DNA from: Burkholderiales bacterium
GTDB taxonomy: Bacteria; Pseudomonadota; Gammaproteobacteria; Burkholderiales; SG8-39
Assembly: GCA_036274735.1 (NCBI GenBank)
Contig: DASUFD010000027.1
Coordinates: 1,710-65,709 of the forward strand
Direction: 5' to 3'
DNA: 64,000 nt
Of the stretch, positions 8,633 through 24,347 are shown in pieces. The position numbers and the translations under genes were made by a program. Within the stretch, counting starts at the first letter, position 1, and every line of letters starts with the position of its first letter. The notes under the pieces were generated by a model. It was not told the DNA's origin and did not search any database. It saw only the letters and a list, made by a program, of their open reading frames with translations.

Positions 8633-8917
8633 CTAAGGCTTTTTCGCCGGCGGCTCGATCTGGAAGAACACCTCGTCGCGGCGGATCATGCCGAGCTCGG
8701 AGCGCGCCCGTTCCTCGATCGCTTCGGTTCCCGTCTTCAGGTCGCGCACATCGGCCGCAAGCGCGGCATTGCGCGCGGCGAGCTTCCGGTTCTCGGCTCT
8801 CCGGCCGTCCAGCTCGCCGGCGATCTGCCACACCCGCAGCCATCCGCCCTTGCCGAACCACAACGGATACTGGATCAGCACGATCAGGGCGACGAAGATG
8901 GCGGCGAGGATTTTCAC
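8633..8917 (-). CDS. ftsB: cell division protein FtsB
   Basis: GTG at 8915-8917 ([25 protein letters not shown]...), 94 aa. One N-terminal TM followed by a coiled coil. Conserved position directly downstream of eno. Confidence 0.8.
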   Translation of the reverse strand: MKILAAIFVALIVLIQYPLWFGKGGWLRVWQIAGELDGRRAENRKLAARNAALAADVRDLKTGTEAIEERARSELGMIRRDEVFFQIEPPAKKP

Positions 8918-8921
8918 GCGC

Positions 8922-14680
<5,759 letters not shown>

Positions 14681-14684
<4 letters not shown>

Positions 14685-15079
14685 TGCAGCCTCGCTCGGA
14701 TGGGATCGGGAATGCGCGCCGGCTTCTGCCGCGCCATGTCGATGAAAACCACGGTCGCCGCGCCGTCGGCGTAGAGCTCGCCGTCGATGCTCAGATCATA
14801 GAACGTCGGCACGCTCGATCCGCCCGGCGCGGCGGTGTAGACCTTCACCTCCACCGTCCCGGGGTAATTCATCGCGCGCTTGAAGTTGCACGAGGCATTC
14901 GCGATGACGATGCCGGTGTTCTTCCAGGCCTCGCCGCGCGGCAGCAGGGAGTCGAACCAGCCGATGCGCGCCTGCTCCATGAAGCGGAAGTACACCGTGT
15001 TGTTCACATGGCCCATCGCGTCCATGTCGCCCCAGCGGATGGCGATGCGCTCGGTATGCACCAGTCTTTTTTCGGCCAT
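14681..15079 (-). CDS. acyl-CoA thioesterase, 4HBT/YbgC-like hotdog fold
   Basis: Track ORF trimmed to the ATG at 15077-15079, giving 132 aa. Motif [28 protein letters not shown] overlap with the downstream ligase. Confidence 0.8.
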
Positions 15080-15086
15080 GAAACAA

Positions 15087-15100
15087 CAAATTATAATTTG
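15087..15100. promoter_or_regulatory. perfect 14-bp palindrome holding a TATAAT on each strand (shared bidirectional -10 or operator)
   Basis: CAAATTATAATTTG is its own reverse complement. It sits in the 25-bp gap between the divergent start codons at 15079 and 15105. Confidence 0.4.
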
Positions 15101-15104
15101 CCGC

Positions 15105-16727
15105 ATGCCTCGCGAATCGATGCAGTACGACCTCGTCGTCGTCGGCGCCGGCCCGGCCGGGCTCGCTGCGGCGATCCGCGCGAAGCAGCTCTCTCCCGAC
15201 GTTTCCGTATGCGTGCTCGAGAAAGGCTCCGAGGTCGGCGCGCATATCCTTTCCGGCGCGGTGATGGATCCGCGCGCGCTCGCCGAGCTTTTCCCCGACT
15301 GGAAAGAGAAAGGCGCCCCGCTCGACGTGCCCGTCGGGCGCGACCGCTTCCTGTTTCTTTCGGAAAAATCCTTCCTGGAAGCGCCGCACTGGCTGCTGCC
15401 CGCCTGCTTCCGCAACCACGGCAACTACGTGGTGAGCCTCGGCAACGTGTGCCGCTGGCTCGCGCAGCAGGCCGAGGCGCTCGGCGTGGAAATCTTCGCC
15501 GGCTTCGCCGCGGCCGAAGTTCTTTACGACGGCAGCAAGGTGAAAGGCGTCGCGACCGGAGACCTGGGCATCAACCGAAAGGGCGAGAAGACCGATGCCT
15601 ACCAGGAAGGCATGGAGCTCCATGGCAAGTACGTTTTCTTCGCCGAAGGCTGCCGCGGCCATCTCGGAAAGCAGCTCGAGGAGCGCTTCGGGCTGCGCGA
15701 AGGCGCGGATCCGCAGGTCTACGGGATCGGGCTGAAGGAGCTGTGGGAGGTCAGCCCCGAGCGCCACGACCCCGGGCTCGTCGTGCATACCGCCGGATGG
15801 CCGCTCGATCCGGGCACCTACGGCGGCTCCTTCCTCTATCACATGGACAACCGGCAGGTGGCGGTGGGCTTCGTCGTCGGCCTCGCCTACGAGAATCCCT
15901 ACCTTTCGCCGTACGAGGAGTTTCAACGCTTCAAGACGCACCCGGAGATAAGAAAATACTTTGCACAAGGCAAAAGAATCTCCTACGGCGCACGCGCCAT
16001 CGCCGCCGGCGGGCTGCAGTCCCTGCCGAAGCTCGTCTTCCCCGGCGGCGCGCTGCTCGGCGACGACGCGGGCTTCCTCAATGCCTCGCGCATCAAGGGC
16101 AGCCATGCCGCGATCAAGTCGGGCATGCTCGCCGCCGAGGCGGCCTGCGACGCGCTGAAAACCGGACGCGCCAGCGACGTGCTGGCGAACTATCCGGAGG
16201 CATTCCGGCAGAGCTGGCTCCACGACGAGCTCTACCGCGCGCGCAACTTCAAGCCGTGGATGTCGAAGGGTCTCTACACCGGCACGCTGATGGTCGGCGT
16301 CGACCAGGTGCTGTTCCGCGGCCGCGCGCCGTGGACGCTGCACCATCGCCACGCCGATCACGAGACGCTGAGGCGCAAGACGGAAGCGGCGCCGATCGCC
16401 TATCCCAAGCCCGACGGCGTGCTCACCTTCGATCGGCTCTCGTCGGTATTCATCTCCAACACCAATCACAACGAGGACCAGCCGGTGCACCTGCGGCTAA
16501 AGGATCCCTCGCTCGCCGTGCGCAACCTCGTCGAGTACGCCGGCCCCGAGCAGCGCTATTGCCCGGCGGGCGTGTACGAGTTCGTCGACGTCGAGACGCA
16601 CCCGCGCCTGCAGATCAATGCGCAGAACTGCGTGCACTGCAAGACCTGCGACATCAAGGACCCGCGGCAGAACATCGTCTGGGTCGCTCCGGAAGGCGGC
16701 GGCGGCCCGAACTACCCCAACATGTGA
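15105..16727 (+). CDS. electron transfer flavoprotein-ubiquinone oxidoreductase
   Basis: Track ORF trimmed to the ATG at 15105, giving 540 aa. FAD motif YDLVVVGAGPAGLAAA and C-terminal 4Fe-4S motif CVHCKTCDIKDP. Confidence 0.92.
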   Translation: MPRESMQYDLVVVGAGPAGLAAAIRAKQLSPDVSVCVLEKGSEVGAHILSGAVMDPRALAELFPDWKEKGAPLDVPVGRDRFLFLSEKSFLEAPHWLLPACFRNHGNYVVSLGNVCRWLAQQAEALGVEIFAGFAAAEVLYDGSKVKGVATGDLGINRKGEKTDAYQEGMELHGKYVFFAEGCRGHLGKQLEERFGLREGADPQVYGIGLKELWEVSPERHDPGLVVHTAGWPLDPGTYGGSFLYHMDNRQVAVGFVVGLAYENPYLSPYEEFQRFKTHPEIRKYFAQGKRISYGARAIAAGGLQSLPKLVFPGGALLGDDAGFLNASRIKGSHAAIKSGMLAAEAACDALKTGRASDVLANYPEAFRQSWLHDELYRARNFKPWMSKGLYTGTLMVGVDQVLFRGRAPWTLHHRHADHETLRRKTEAAPIAYPKPDGVLTFDRLSSVFISNTNHNEDQPVHLRLKDPSLAVRNLVEYAGPEQRYCPAGVYEFVDVETHPRLQINAQNCVHCKTCDIKDPRQNIVWVAPEGGGGPNYPNM

Positions 16728-18956
16728 TCAGGCCGCGGCGATGCGCTGCTGCAGCCCGGAATCGGTTCCCTGGCGCAGCAGCGCTTCGACGCCGTCGGCC
16801 GGCAGCGCCTGGCTCGCGTAGAAGCCCTGGATCTGATCGCAGCCGAGCTGCTTGAGCAGCCGCACCTGGTCGTCCTCCTCGACCCCTTCGGCGATGACTT
16901 TGAGGCCGAGCGTGTGCGCGAGCGAGACGATCATCGCGACGATGTTGCGCGGGTAGCCGGCGTCGCGCATGCGCACGACGAAGCTGCGGTCGATCTTCAG
17001 CGTATCCACCGGCAGCCGCGCGAGGTAGCTGAGCGAGCAGTAGCCGGTGCCGAAGTCGTCGACCGAGATCTCGATGCCGGCGCGCCGCACCGTCTGCAGC
17101 TTGCGCGTACTCTCCTCGATGTCGTCGACCAGCACGCTCTCCGTGATCTCCAGATCGAGCAGCGGGCGATCGTCGGTGGACAGCGCCTGCAGCACCGACT
17201 CGACGAAATCCTTCTGGCGGAGCTGGATCGCCGAGACGTTCACGGAGACGCGCGGCACGCTCAAGCCGAGCGAGCGCCAGTGGCGAATGTCGCGCGCCGC
17301 CTGGCGCAGCGCCCAGCGGCCGGCGGCGAGGATCATCCCGGTCTCTTCCATCAGGGTGACGAAGCGCGAAGGCGGCACCGCGCCGAGCTCGGGGTCGGTC
17401 CAGCGAATCAGCGCTTCCAGCCCCGCCACCGCCCCGCTCTTCATGTCGATCTTCGGCTGGTAGTGCAGCGAGAGCTGCCCGTCCTCGAGCGCGCGCCGGA
17501 GGCGATTCTCCATCGCCAGCGACTCGGCGACGCGCGCGTTCATCTCCGGCGCGTAGAAGAGATAGCGCTGGTTCGTCTGCTTCGCCTTGGAGAGCGCCGT
17601 CTCGGCGTTGCCGCACAGGGACTCGGTCGACTCGCCGTCGGTCGGAAAAACGGCGATGCCGGCCTTGAGCAGCACGCGCAGCTCCACGCCGTCGACGACG
17701 ATCGCCGGGCCGAAAGCGCGGTCGATGCGCTCGATCACCTCGTGGATCGTGTCGCCGGGCCGCGCGAACGGCGCCACTGCGAGCGCGAAGCGGTCGCCGC
17801 CGACGCGCGCCACGGTGTCCTGCTCGCGCGCCGCGGCGCGCAGGCGCATCGCGATCTGGCGCAGCAGGTCGTCGCCCGCCTTGCGGCCGAACGTTTCGTT
17901 CACCATGCGAAATCGCTCGACGTCGAGGAACACCGCCGCGGCAAACCGCTTCTCGCGGCGCGCCGCGTTCAGCGCCTGCGTCATGCGGTCGGTGAACAGG
18001 CTCCGGTTCGGCAGGTCGGTGAGCGAGTCGTGGTAGGCCAGGTAGTCCATCCTCGCCTTCTGCTCTAGGTGGTGCAGGGCGAACGAGACGTCGCCGGCGA
18101 GCTCCTCGAGCAGACGCATCTCCTCGGCATCGAAAAAGTCCGGCGAGCGCGCGTACAGGAGCAGCATGCCGGCGGGCTCGCGCCCGGCGAGCAGCGGCAG
18201 CGCGACGAACGGACCGCTCTCCGCGTCGTTCCATACGACGGCCTGCGTGCCGGGTCTGAGGCGCTGCAGGTCCCGGTCCGCCCCGCCCTCGCCCGCCGCC
18301 GCCGCACGCTCCAGTCGCGCGGCGCCCGGGACGGCGAGGCCGATCACGGCCAGGCGAAAGCCGCCCTTTTCCACGGCGATGCGGCAGGCCTCCTCGAGGA
18401 GCGCCTGGCGGTCCGAAGCGCGCACGATGAGAGCGTTCACCGCGGAAAGCATCTCGAGCGTGCGGTTGAGCCGACGGATGCGCAGCTGCTGCGCCTCGAG
18501 CACGCCGGTCTTCTCGAGGAGCTGGTCCACCATCAGGCGCAGGTGCTCCCGGTCGAGCCCTTCCGCTGCCTCCGGCGCGGCGCTCGGCCGCTGCGCCAGC
18601 ACCTCGGACACGGCGGCCAGGATGACGTCGTTCGGTGACGGCTTGACCAGGACGCGCGCGACGCCGAGCGCCTGCGCGAGGTCCTTGGCATCCTGGCCGC
18701 CGAAGTACGCCGTGTAAAAAAGGACGCTGACCCCGGCCGTCGCCGGATCGACCTTGAGCCGGCGCGCGAGCTCGTAGCCGTCCATGTGCGGCATGAGCAC
18801 GTCGGAAATGACGAGGTCGGGCGCCTGCTCCCGGGCTCGGGCAAGGCCTTCGCGGCCGTTCTCCGCGACCACGACCTCGTGTCCGGCGCTCTCGAGCAGC
18901 GCGGCGAGGGCGGTACGGTTGGCGCGGTGGTCGTCGGCGACGAGGATTTTCGCCAC
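16728..18956 (-). CDS. response-regulator receiver / GAF / degenerate GGDEF / EAL protein (probable c-di-GMP phosphodiesterase)
   Basis: 742 aa. REC domain (ILVADDH...DVLMPHMDG). GGDRF in place of GGDEF, with the REQD I-site kept. EAL domain motifs EALIRW, DDFGTGYCSLSYL and KIDRSF. Confidence 0.9.
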   Translation of the reverse strand: MAKILVADDHRANRTALAALLESAGHEVVVAENGREGLARAREQAPDLVISDVLMPHMDGYELARRLKVDPATAGVSVLFYTAYFGGQDAKDLAQALGVARVLVKPSPNDVILAAVSEVLAQRPSAAPEAAEGLDREHLRLMVDQLLEKTGVLEAQQLRIRRLNRTLEMLSAVNALIVRASDRQALLEEACRIAVEKGGFRLAVIGLAVPGAARLERAAAAGEGGADRDLQRLRPGTQAVVWNDAESGPFVALPLLAGREPAGMLLLYARSPDFFDAEEMRLLEELAGDVSFALHHLEQKARMDYLAYHDSLTDLPNRSLFTDRMTQALNAARREKRFAAAVFLDVERFRMVNETFGRKAGDDLLRQIAMRLRAAAREQDTVARVGGDRFALAVAPFARPGDTIHEVIERIDRAFGPAIVVDGVELRVLLKAGIAVFPTDGESTESLCGNAETALSKAKQTNQRYLFYAPEMNARVAESLAMENRLRRALEDGQLSLHYQPKIDMKSGAVAGLEALIRWTDPELGAVPPSRFVTLMEETGMILAAGRWALRQAARDIRHWRSLGLSVPRVSVNVSAIQLRQKDFVESVLQALSTDDRPLLDLEITESVLVDDIEESTRKLQTVRRAGIEISVDDFGTGYCSLSYLARLPVDTLKIDRSFVVRMRDAGYPRNIVAMIVSLAHTLGLKVIAEGVEEDDQVRLLKQLGCDQIQGFYASQALPADGVEALLRQGTDSGLQQRIAAA

Positions 18957-19009
18957 TAGCTACTGACCGACGCCCCGCACGAATGTTCCTACGCCGTACA
19001 ATCCGGACC

Positions 19010-19339
19010 ATGGCGGAAAAGACGGCGACGCAGAAAGCGCCTCCATACGCGCGTTTTAGGGATTTTTATCCGTTCTATCTATCGCAGCATGCCAACCGCA
19101 CCTGCCGGCGCCTGCACTTCGTCGGCACGAGCCTCGGCCTGCTCGCCCTGCTGCGCGCGCTCGCCACGCTGAACTTCTGGTGGTTGCTGGCCGGCGTCGC
19201 GGCCGGGTACCTGCTCGCCTGGGTCGGCCACTTTTTCTTCGAGAAAAACCGCCCCGCCACGTTCAGCCATCCGCTGTACAGCTTCATCGGCGACTGGGTG
19301 ATGTGGAAAGACATGATCGTCGGGCGTATCCGCTTCTGA
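19010..19339 (+). CDS. DUF962 (Mpo1-like) membrane protein
   Basis: FRDFYPFYLSQHANRTCRRLHFVGT motif. ATG at 19010 is preferred over 18983, which would leave only 26 bp to the divergent gene. Confidence 0.65.
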   Translation: MAEKTATQKAPPYARFRDFYPFYLSQHANRTCRRLHFVGTSLGLLALLRALATLNFWWLLAGVAAGYLLAWVGHFFFEKNRPATFSHPLYSFIGDWVMWKDMIVGRIRF

Positions 19340-19367
19340 TCCGCTGCCGATCCGCGCTTCCGAATCC

Positions 19368-20891
19368 ATGACCGAATCGGCGCTCCGGGCCGTGATGCAC
19401 TCCGAAGTGCCGTGGCTCGCCCTGCTCGCGCTGGTCGTGACCGGGCTGCTGCTGCGCTCGCGGCCGCACGAGCGGGCCGTGTTCCTGAATACGCTCTGGC
19501 TCTTTCTCTTCGGCGCCGCGGGCCAGGCGGCCGCTTGGGCGCTCGAGCAGCTCGCCGTGCCGGGCGCGGGTACGGTGGTGCATACCGTGTTCCGCATCAT
19601 CGCGGCCATCGCGCTCATCCGCCTGCTCGGCTTCGCGCTGTTTCGCCTGGTGCTCGCACGGCTGCGCGGCGAGCCGCCGCGCATCATCGAGGATTTGACG
19701 ATCGCCGCCGCGTACGTCGTATTCGCGCTCGCGCAGCTGCGCGTCGCCGGTGTCGACCTGTCGAGCATCATCACCACCTCCGCGATCCTTACCGCCGTGG
19801 TCGCCTTCGCCATGCAGGACACGCTCGGCAACGTGATCGGCGGACTGGCCATCCACATCGACAACAGCGTGCGCGTGGGCGACTGGGTGCGGGTCGACGA
19901 CGTCTCCGGGCGCGTGCGCGACATCGGCTGGCGCTCGACGACCATCGAGACGCGCAACTGGGAAACGGTCGTCGTGCCGAACAGCCTGATGATGAAGGGC
20001 CGCGTGGCGATCCTCGGCAAGCGCGAGGGCGGGCCGCTGCAGTGGCGGCGCACGCTCGCCTTCATGGTCGATCCCGGCGTGCCGCCGGCGCGGGTCATCG
20101 CCACGGTGAACGACGAGATGCGCGACGTGCCGATCGTCAACGTCGCGCGCACGCCGGCGCCGAACACCGTGCTGCACGGCTTCGAGGCCGGCAACCTGCT
20201 CTATCACCTGCGCTACTTCCTGACCGATCTGCTCGAGGACGAAGCGACCGACTCGATGGTGCGGGTACACCTCTTCGCCTCGCTGCAGCGCGCGGGCATC
20301 CGCATCGCCGAAGAGCAGCGCACCGTGCACGCGGTGAGCCGCGACGAGGCGCACGCCGACGCGGTGCGCAAGCGCGAGATCGGCCGGCGCCTCGAAATGC
20401 TGCGCGGCGTGGACCTCTTCTCGGTGCTTTCGGAAGACGAGATCGCCGAGATCGCCGAGCGCCTGCAGTACGCGCCCTTCGCACGCGGCGACATCATCAC
20501 TAAGCAGGGCAACGTCGCCCATTGGCTCTACATCGTCGCCTTCGGCGAGGTGGAAGTGCGCTACGAGCCGGCGAGCGGCCGGCCCCAGATCCTCGCGACG
20601 CTGCGCGCCGGGCAGTTCTTCGGCGAGATGGCGCTGCTCACCGGCGAAGCGCGCAGCGCCACCGTGACGGCGAAGACCGACGTCGAGTGCTACCGGCTGG
20701 ACCGCGCGTCGTTCCAGGGGCTGCTGCTTTCGCGTCCCGAGATCGCCGAGGCCATGAGCCGCATCATCAGCGCGCGGCGGCCGGAGCTCGAGAAGGTGCG
20801 CGAGGCCACCGCGGTCGCGCCTCTCGTCGCGCCGGTGGAATCGGCGGACCTACTGCGCAAGATCCAGCGCTTTTTTGGCATCCGCCGCTAG
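19368..20891 (+). CDS. mechanosensitive (MscS-family) channel with C-terminal cyclic-nucleotide-binding domain
   Basis: 507 aa. TM helices plus the MscS beta-domain (VRVGDWVRVDDVSGRVRDIGWRSTTIETRNWE). The cNMP phosphate-binding cassette reads FFGEMALLTGEARSATVTA. Confidence 0.85.
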   Translation: MTESALRAVMHSEVPWLALLALVVTGLLLRSRPHERAVFLNTLWLFLFGAAGQAAAWALEQLAVPGAGTVVHTVFRIIAAIALIRLLGFALFRLVLARLRGEPPRIIEDLTIAAAYVVFALAQLRVAGVDLSSIITTSAILTAVVAFAMQDTLGNVIGGLAIHIDNSVRVGDWVRVDDVSGRVRDIGWRSTTIETRNWETVVVPNSLMMKGRVAILGKREGGPLQWRRTLAFMVDPGVPPARVIATVNDEMRDVPIVNVARTPAPNTVLHGFEAGNLLYHLRYFLTDLLEDEATDSMVRVHLFASLQRAGIRIAEEQRTVHAVSRDEAHADAVRKREIGRRLEMLRGVDLFSVLSEDEIAEIAERLQYAPFARGDIITKQGNVAHWLYIVAFGEVEVRYEPASGRPQILATLRAGQFFGEMALLTGEARSATVTAKTDVECYRLDRASFQGLLLSRPEIAEAMSRIISARRPELEKVREATAVAPLVAPVESADLLRKIQRFFGIRR

Positions 20892-22663
20892 GCGGCGAGA
20901 AACTGCTCCTCCGAGAGCGCCAGCACTGCCGGCGCTCCCCTGACCACCGTATCGCGCAGCGCGGGCGCCTGGACGAGAACGTGGTCGGCGTAAAAGCGTG
21001 CGGTCGAGATTTTCGCCTCGAGGAACTGGCGGTCCGCGGCGCCGGCGAGCTTGCTCTCCGCGGCGAGCGCGGCGCGGGCGATCTGCCAGCCGCCCGCGAC
21101 GACGCCCATGAGCTTGAGGAACGGCACGGCACCGGCGAACACCCCTTTCACGTCCTTGCCGGCGTTGGCGACGATGTACTCCACTCCGTCAAGTACCGCC
21201 TGCACGCCTGCGGCGAAGATCGGCCGGATCGCCTGGATGTCGGGGTTCGTCGACTTCGACAGCTCGGCCTCGAACTTGCGCAGCTCGGCGATGTAGGCCT
21301 TCGCGGTCGCGCCGCCCTCGCGGGCGATCTTGCGGCCGACGAGGTCGCCTGCCTGGATGCCGGTGGTGCCTTCGTAGATGGTGGTGATGCGCGCATCGCG
21401 CAGATGCTGCGCGGCGCCGGTTTCCTCGATGAAGCCCATGCCGCCGTGCACCTGGATGCCGAGTGAAGCGACCTCGATGCCGGTCTCGGTCGACCAGCCC
21501 TTGACGACCGGGATCATCAGATCGACGAAGGCCTGATGGTCCTTTCTCCCGGTCTTGTGCGCGAAGTCCATCGCCGCGGCGACGACATATGCCAGAGCGC
21601 GCATCGCTTCGGTCTGGGACTTCATCAGCATCAGCATGCGGCGCACGTCGGGATGGCGGATGATCGGCACCGCGGCCGCGCCCTCGACGAGGTCGCGCCC
21701 CTGCAGCCGCTCCCTGGCGTAGGCGAGCGCGCGCTGGAAGGCGCGCTCGGCGATCGCCACCCCCTCCAGCCCGACGCTGAAGCGCGCTGCGTTCATCATG
21801 ACGAACATGTAGGACAAGCCCTTGTTCTCCTCGCCGACGAGATAGCCGACCGCCTTGTCGAACACCATGACTGCGGTCGGGCTCGCATGGATGCCGAGCT
21901 TGTGCTCGATCGAGGCGCAGCGCGCGCTGTTGCGCTCGCCGGGCGTTCCATCGGGCCCGGGAAGAAACTTCGGTACGAGGAAGAGCGAGATGCCTTTGAC
22001 CCCCTCGGGGGCGTCCGGGGTGCGTGCAAGCACGAGATGGACGATGTTCTCGGCCAGGTCGTGCTCACCATAAGTGATGAAGATCTTCTGGCCAGAGATG
22101 AGATAGTGGTCGCCGGCGCGCTCGGCCTTGGTGCGTACCAGTGCGAGGTCCGATCCCGCCTGGGGCTCGGTGAGGTTCATGGTTCCGGTCCACGCGCCGT
22201 GCACCATCTTTTCCAGGTAGGCGCGCTTCAGTGCGTCGGAGCCGCACAACTCGATCGCATGGATCGCCCCCTGGGTGAGCAGCGGGCAAAGCGAGAACGA
22301 CATGTTCGCCGAGGTCAGCATCTCCTCGACCGCGGTCGCGACCAGCTTGGGCAGGCCCTGCCCTCCCCAATGCGCATCGAACGGCAGCGCGGCCCAGCCG
22401 GCTTGCACATACTGGTCGTAGGCCTCCTTGAAGCCCCGGGGCGTGCGCACCGCACCGTCCTTCCAGACAGACCCTTCCTGGTCGCCGGAGTAATTGAGCG
22501 GGTCGAGCACCTCGGAGGCGAATTTCGACGCCTCCTCGAGGATCGCGTCCACCGTATCCGGGCTCGCTTCCTCGTAGCCCGGCAGCTTTGCCACCTCGGC
22601 CAGGCCCGCGAGCTCGTTCAGGACGAAGCGCATGTCCTTGAGCGGGGCCTGGTAGGCGCTCAT
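20888..22663 (-). CDS. acyl-CoA dehydrogenase (long form with C-terminal extension)
   Basis: 591 aa. Motifs GTMNLTEPQAGSDL and QVHGGMGFIEETG. ATGA overlap with etfA. Confidence 0.9.
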   Translation of the reverse strand: MSAYQAPLKDMRFVLNELAGLAEVAKLPGYEEASPDTVDAILEEASKFASEVLDPLNYSGDQEGSVWKDGAVRTPRGFKEAYDQYVQAGWAALPFDAHWGGQGLPKLVATAVEEMLTSANMSFSLCPLLTQGAIHAIELCGSDALKRAYLEKMVHGAWTGTMNLTEPQAGSDLALVRTKAERAGDHYLISGQKIFITYGEHDLAENIVHLVLARTPDAPEGVKGISLFLVPKFLPGPDGTPGERNSARCASIEHKLGIHASPTAVMVFDKAVGYLVGEENKGLSYMFVMMNAARFSVGLEGVAIAERAFQRALAYARERLQGRDLVEGAAAVPIIRHPDVRRMLMLMKSQTEAMRALAYVVAAAMDFAHKTGRKDHQAFVDLMIPVVKGWSTETGIEVASLGIQVHGGMGFIEETGAAQHLRDARITTIYEGTTGIQAGDLVGRKIAREGGATAKAYIAELRKFEAELSKSTNPDIQAIRPIFAAGVQAVLDGVEYIVANAGKDVKGVFAGAVPFLKLMGVVAGGWQIARAALAAESKLAGAADRQFLEAKISTARFYADHVLVQAPALRDTVVRGAPAVLALSEEQFLAA

Positions 22664-23598
22664 TTCTTCAGCTCCTGCACGAGCTGCGGCACGACCTGGA
22701 AGAGGTCGCCGACCAAGCCATAGTCGGCGACCTGGAAGATCGGCGCCTCCTCGTCCTTGTTAATGGCGACGATGACGCGGCTGTCCTTCATGCCGGCGAG
22801 GTGCTGGATCGCGCCCGAAATCCCGACTGCGACGTAGAGCTCCGGCGCGACGATCTTGCCCGTCTGCCCGACCTGCCAGTCGTTGGGCACGAAGCCCGCG
22901 TCGACGGCAGCGCGCGAGGCGCCCATCGCTGCCCCGAGCTGGTCGGCGAGCGGCTCGAGCACCTTCTTGAAGTTCTCTCCAGAGGCCATGCCGCGGCCGC
23001 CGGACACGATGATCTTGGCGCCGCTCAGCTCGGGCCGTTCCGACTTCGATACTTCGCGGCTCACGAACCGGGAGAGCCCGGCGTCGGCGGGCGCGGCGAC
23101 AGACTCGATCGGCGCGTTGCCGCCGCTCGCGGCGACCGCGTCGAACGCGGTGGTGCGCACGGTGATGATCTTGATCGGATCCTTCGATTTCACCGTCGCG
23201 AGCGCATTGCCGGCGTAGATCGGCCGCACGAAGGTGTCGGCGGACTCGACGGCGATGATGTCGGAGATCTGCTGCACGTCGAGGAGCGCGGCGACGCGCG
23301 GCATCACGTTCTTTCCGTTCGACGTCGCCGGCGCGAGCACGTGGCCGTAAGATTTGGCGAGATCGACAATCAGCGCCGCTACGTTCTCGGCCAGGAACTC
23401 GGCGAGTTGCGGCGCGTCGGCGTGCACGACTTTCGCCACCCCGGCGACCTGCGCGGCCTCCTTCGCCGCCCCTTGCGCCTGATGGCCCGCGATCAGGAGG
23501 TGCAGCTCCCCGCCGATTTTCTGCCCGGCGGCTACGGCATGCAGCGTCGCCTTGCGCAACGAGGCGTTGTCGTGCTCGGCCACGACCAGTACGGCCAT
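22660..23598 (-). CDS. etfA: electron transfer flavoprotein subunit alpha
   Basis: Track ORF trimmed to the ATG at 23596-23598, giving 312 aa. FAD-binding motif [19 protein letters not shown]. Confidence 0.93.
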   Translation of the reverse strand: MAVLVVAEHDNASLRKATLHAVAAGQKIGGELHLLIAGHQAQGAAKEAAQVAGVAKVVHADAPQLAEFLAENVAALIVDLAKSYGHVLAPATSNGKNVMPRVAALLDVQQISDIIAVESADTFVRPIYAGNALATVKSKDPIKIITVRTTAFDAVAASGGNAPIESVAAPADAGLSRFVSREVSKSERPELSGAKIIVSGGRGMASGENFKKVLEPLADQLGAAMGASRAAVDAGFVPNDWQVGQTGKIVAPELYVAVGISGAIQHLAGMKDSRVIVAINKDEEAPIFQVADYGLVGDLFQVVPQLVQELKK

Positions 23599-24347
23599 CA
23601 GATCACCTTCGCTTCGTTGCGCAGCTTGTCGACCAGCGCCCTGGCATCGGCCACCTTGACGCCCGCCTTGCGCTTGGCCGGCTCGGTGACCTTGAGCGTG
23701 GCGAGCCGCGGCGCAACGTCCACCCCCAACGCGTCGGGCTTCAGCACCTCGAGCGTCTTCTTCTTGGCCTTCATGATGTTGGGCAGCGTGACATAGCGCG
23801 GCTCGTTCAGGCGCAGGTCCGTGGTCACCACGGCGGGCAGCTTGATCGACTCCGTCTCCAGCCCGCCATCGACCTCGCGCGTCACCGTCGCGCTGCCCTC
23901 GGCGATTCTCACCTTGGACGCGAACGTGGCCTGCGGCCAGCCGAGCAGCGCGGCGAGCATCTGGCCGGTCTGGTTCGAGTCGTCGTCGATCGCCTGCTTG
24001 CCGAGGATGACGAGCCCGGGCTTCTCCCTGCCGCATACCGCCTTCAGCAGCTTGGCGACCGCGAGCGGCTGCAGCTCTTCGCCGGACTCGACGAGGATCG
24101 CGCGGTCGGCGCCGATCGCCAGCGCCGTGCGCAAGGTCTCCTGGCAGGCCGGCACGCCGCAGGAGACGACGACGATCTCGCTCGCGACGCCGGCTTCCTT
24201 CAGCCGCACCGCCTCCTCTACCGCGATCTCGTCAAAGGGATTCATCGACATCTTTACGTTCGCAGTCTCGACGCCGGTCCCGTCGGCCTTGACCCGGACC
24301 TTGACGTTGAAATCGACCACGCGCTTGGCGCTAACGAGGATTTTCAT
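23598..24347 (-). CDS. etfB: electron transfer flavoprotein subunit beta
   Basis: 249 aa, starting [19 protein letters not shown]. Shares 1 nt with etfA (TGATG). Confidence 0.95.
   Translation of the reverse strand: MKILVSAKRVVDFNVKVRVKADGTGVETANVKMSMNPFDEIAVEEAVRLKEAGVASEIVVVSCGVPACQETLRTALAIGADRAILVESGEELQPLAVAKLLKAVCGREKPGLVILGKQAIDDDSNQTGQMLAALLGWPQATFASKVRIAEGSATVTREVDGGLETESIKLPAVVTTDLRLNEPRYVTLPNIMKAKKKTLEVLKPDALGVDVAPRLATLKVTEPAKRKAGVKVADARALVDKLRNEAKVI

Noticed and set aside
6579-8636. 685-aa plus-strand ORF opposite the SAF-domain oxidoreductase and the dioxygenase
   Set aside because: It is an antisense shadow. The minus-strand products have recognisable Rossmann and 2OG-dioxygenase motifs.
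16654-19011. 785-aa minus-strand ORF overlapping the REC-GAF-GGDEF-EAL gene in another frame
   Set aside because: It is an alternate frame of a strongly supported gene. The translation is Arg/Pro/Gly-rich with no motifs.
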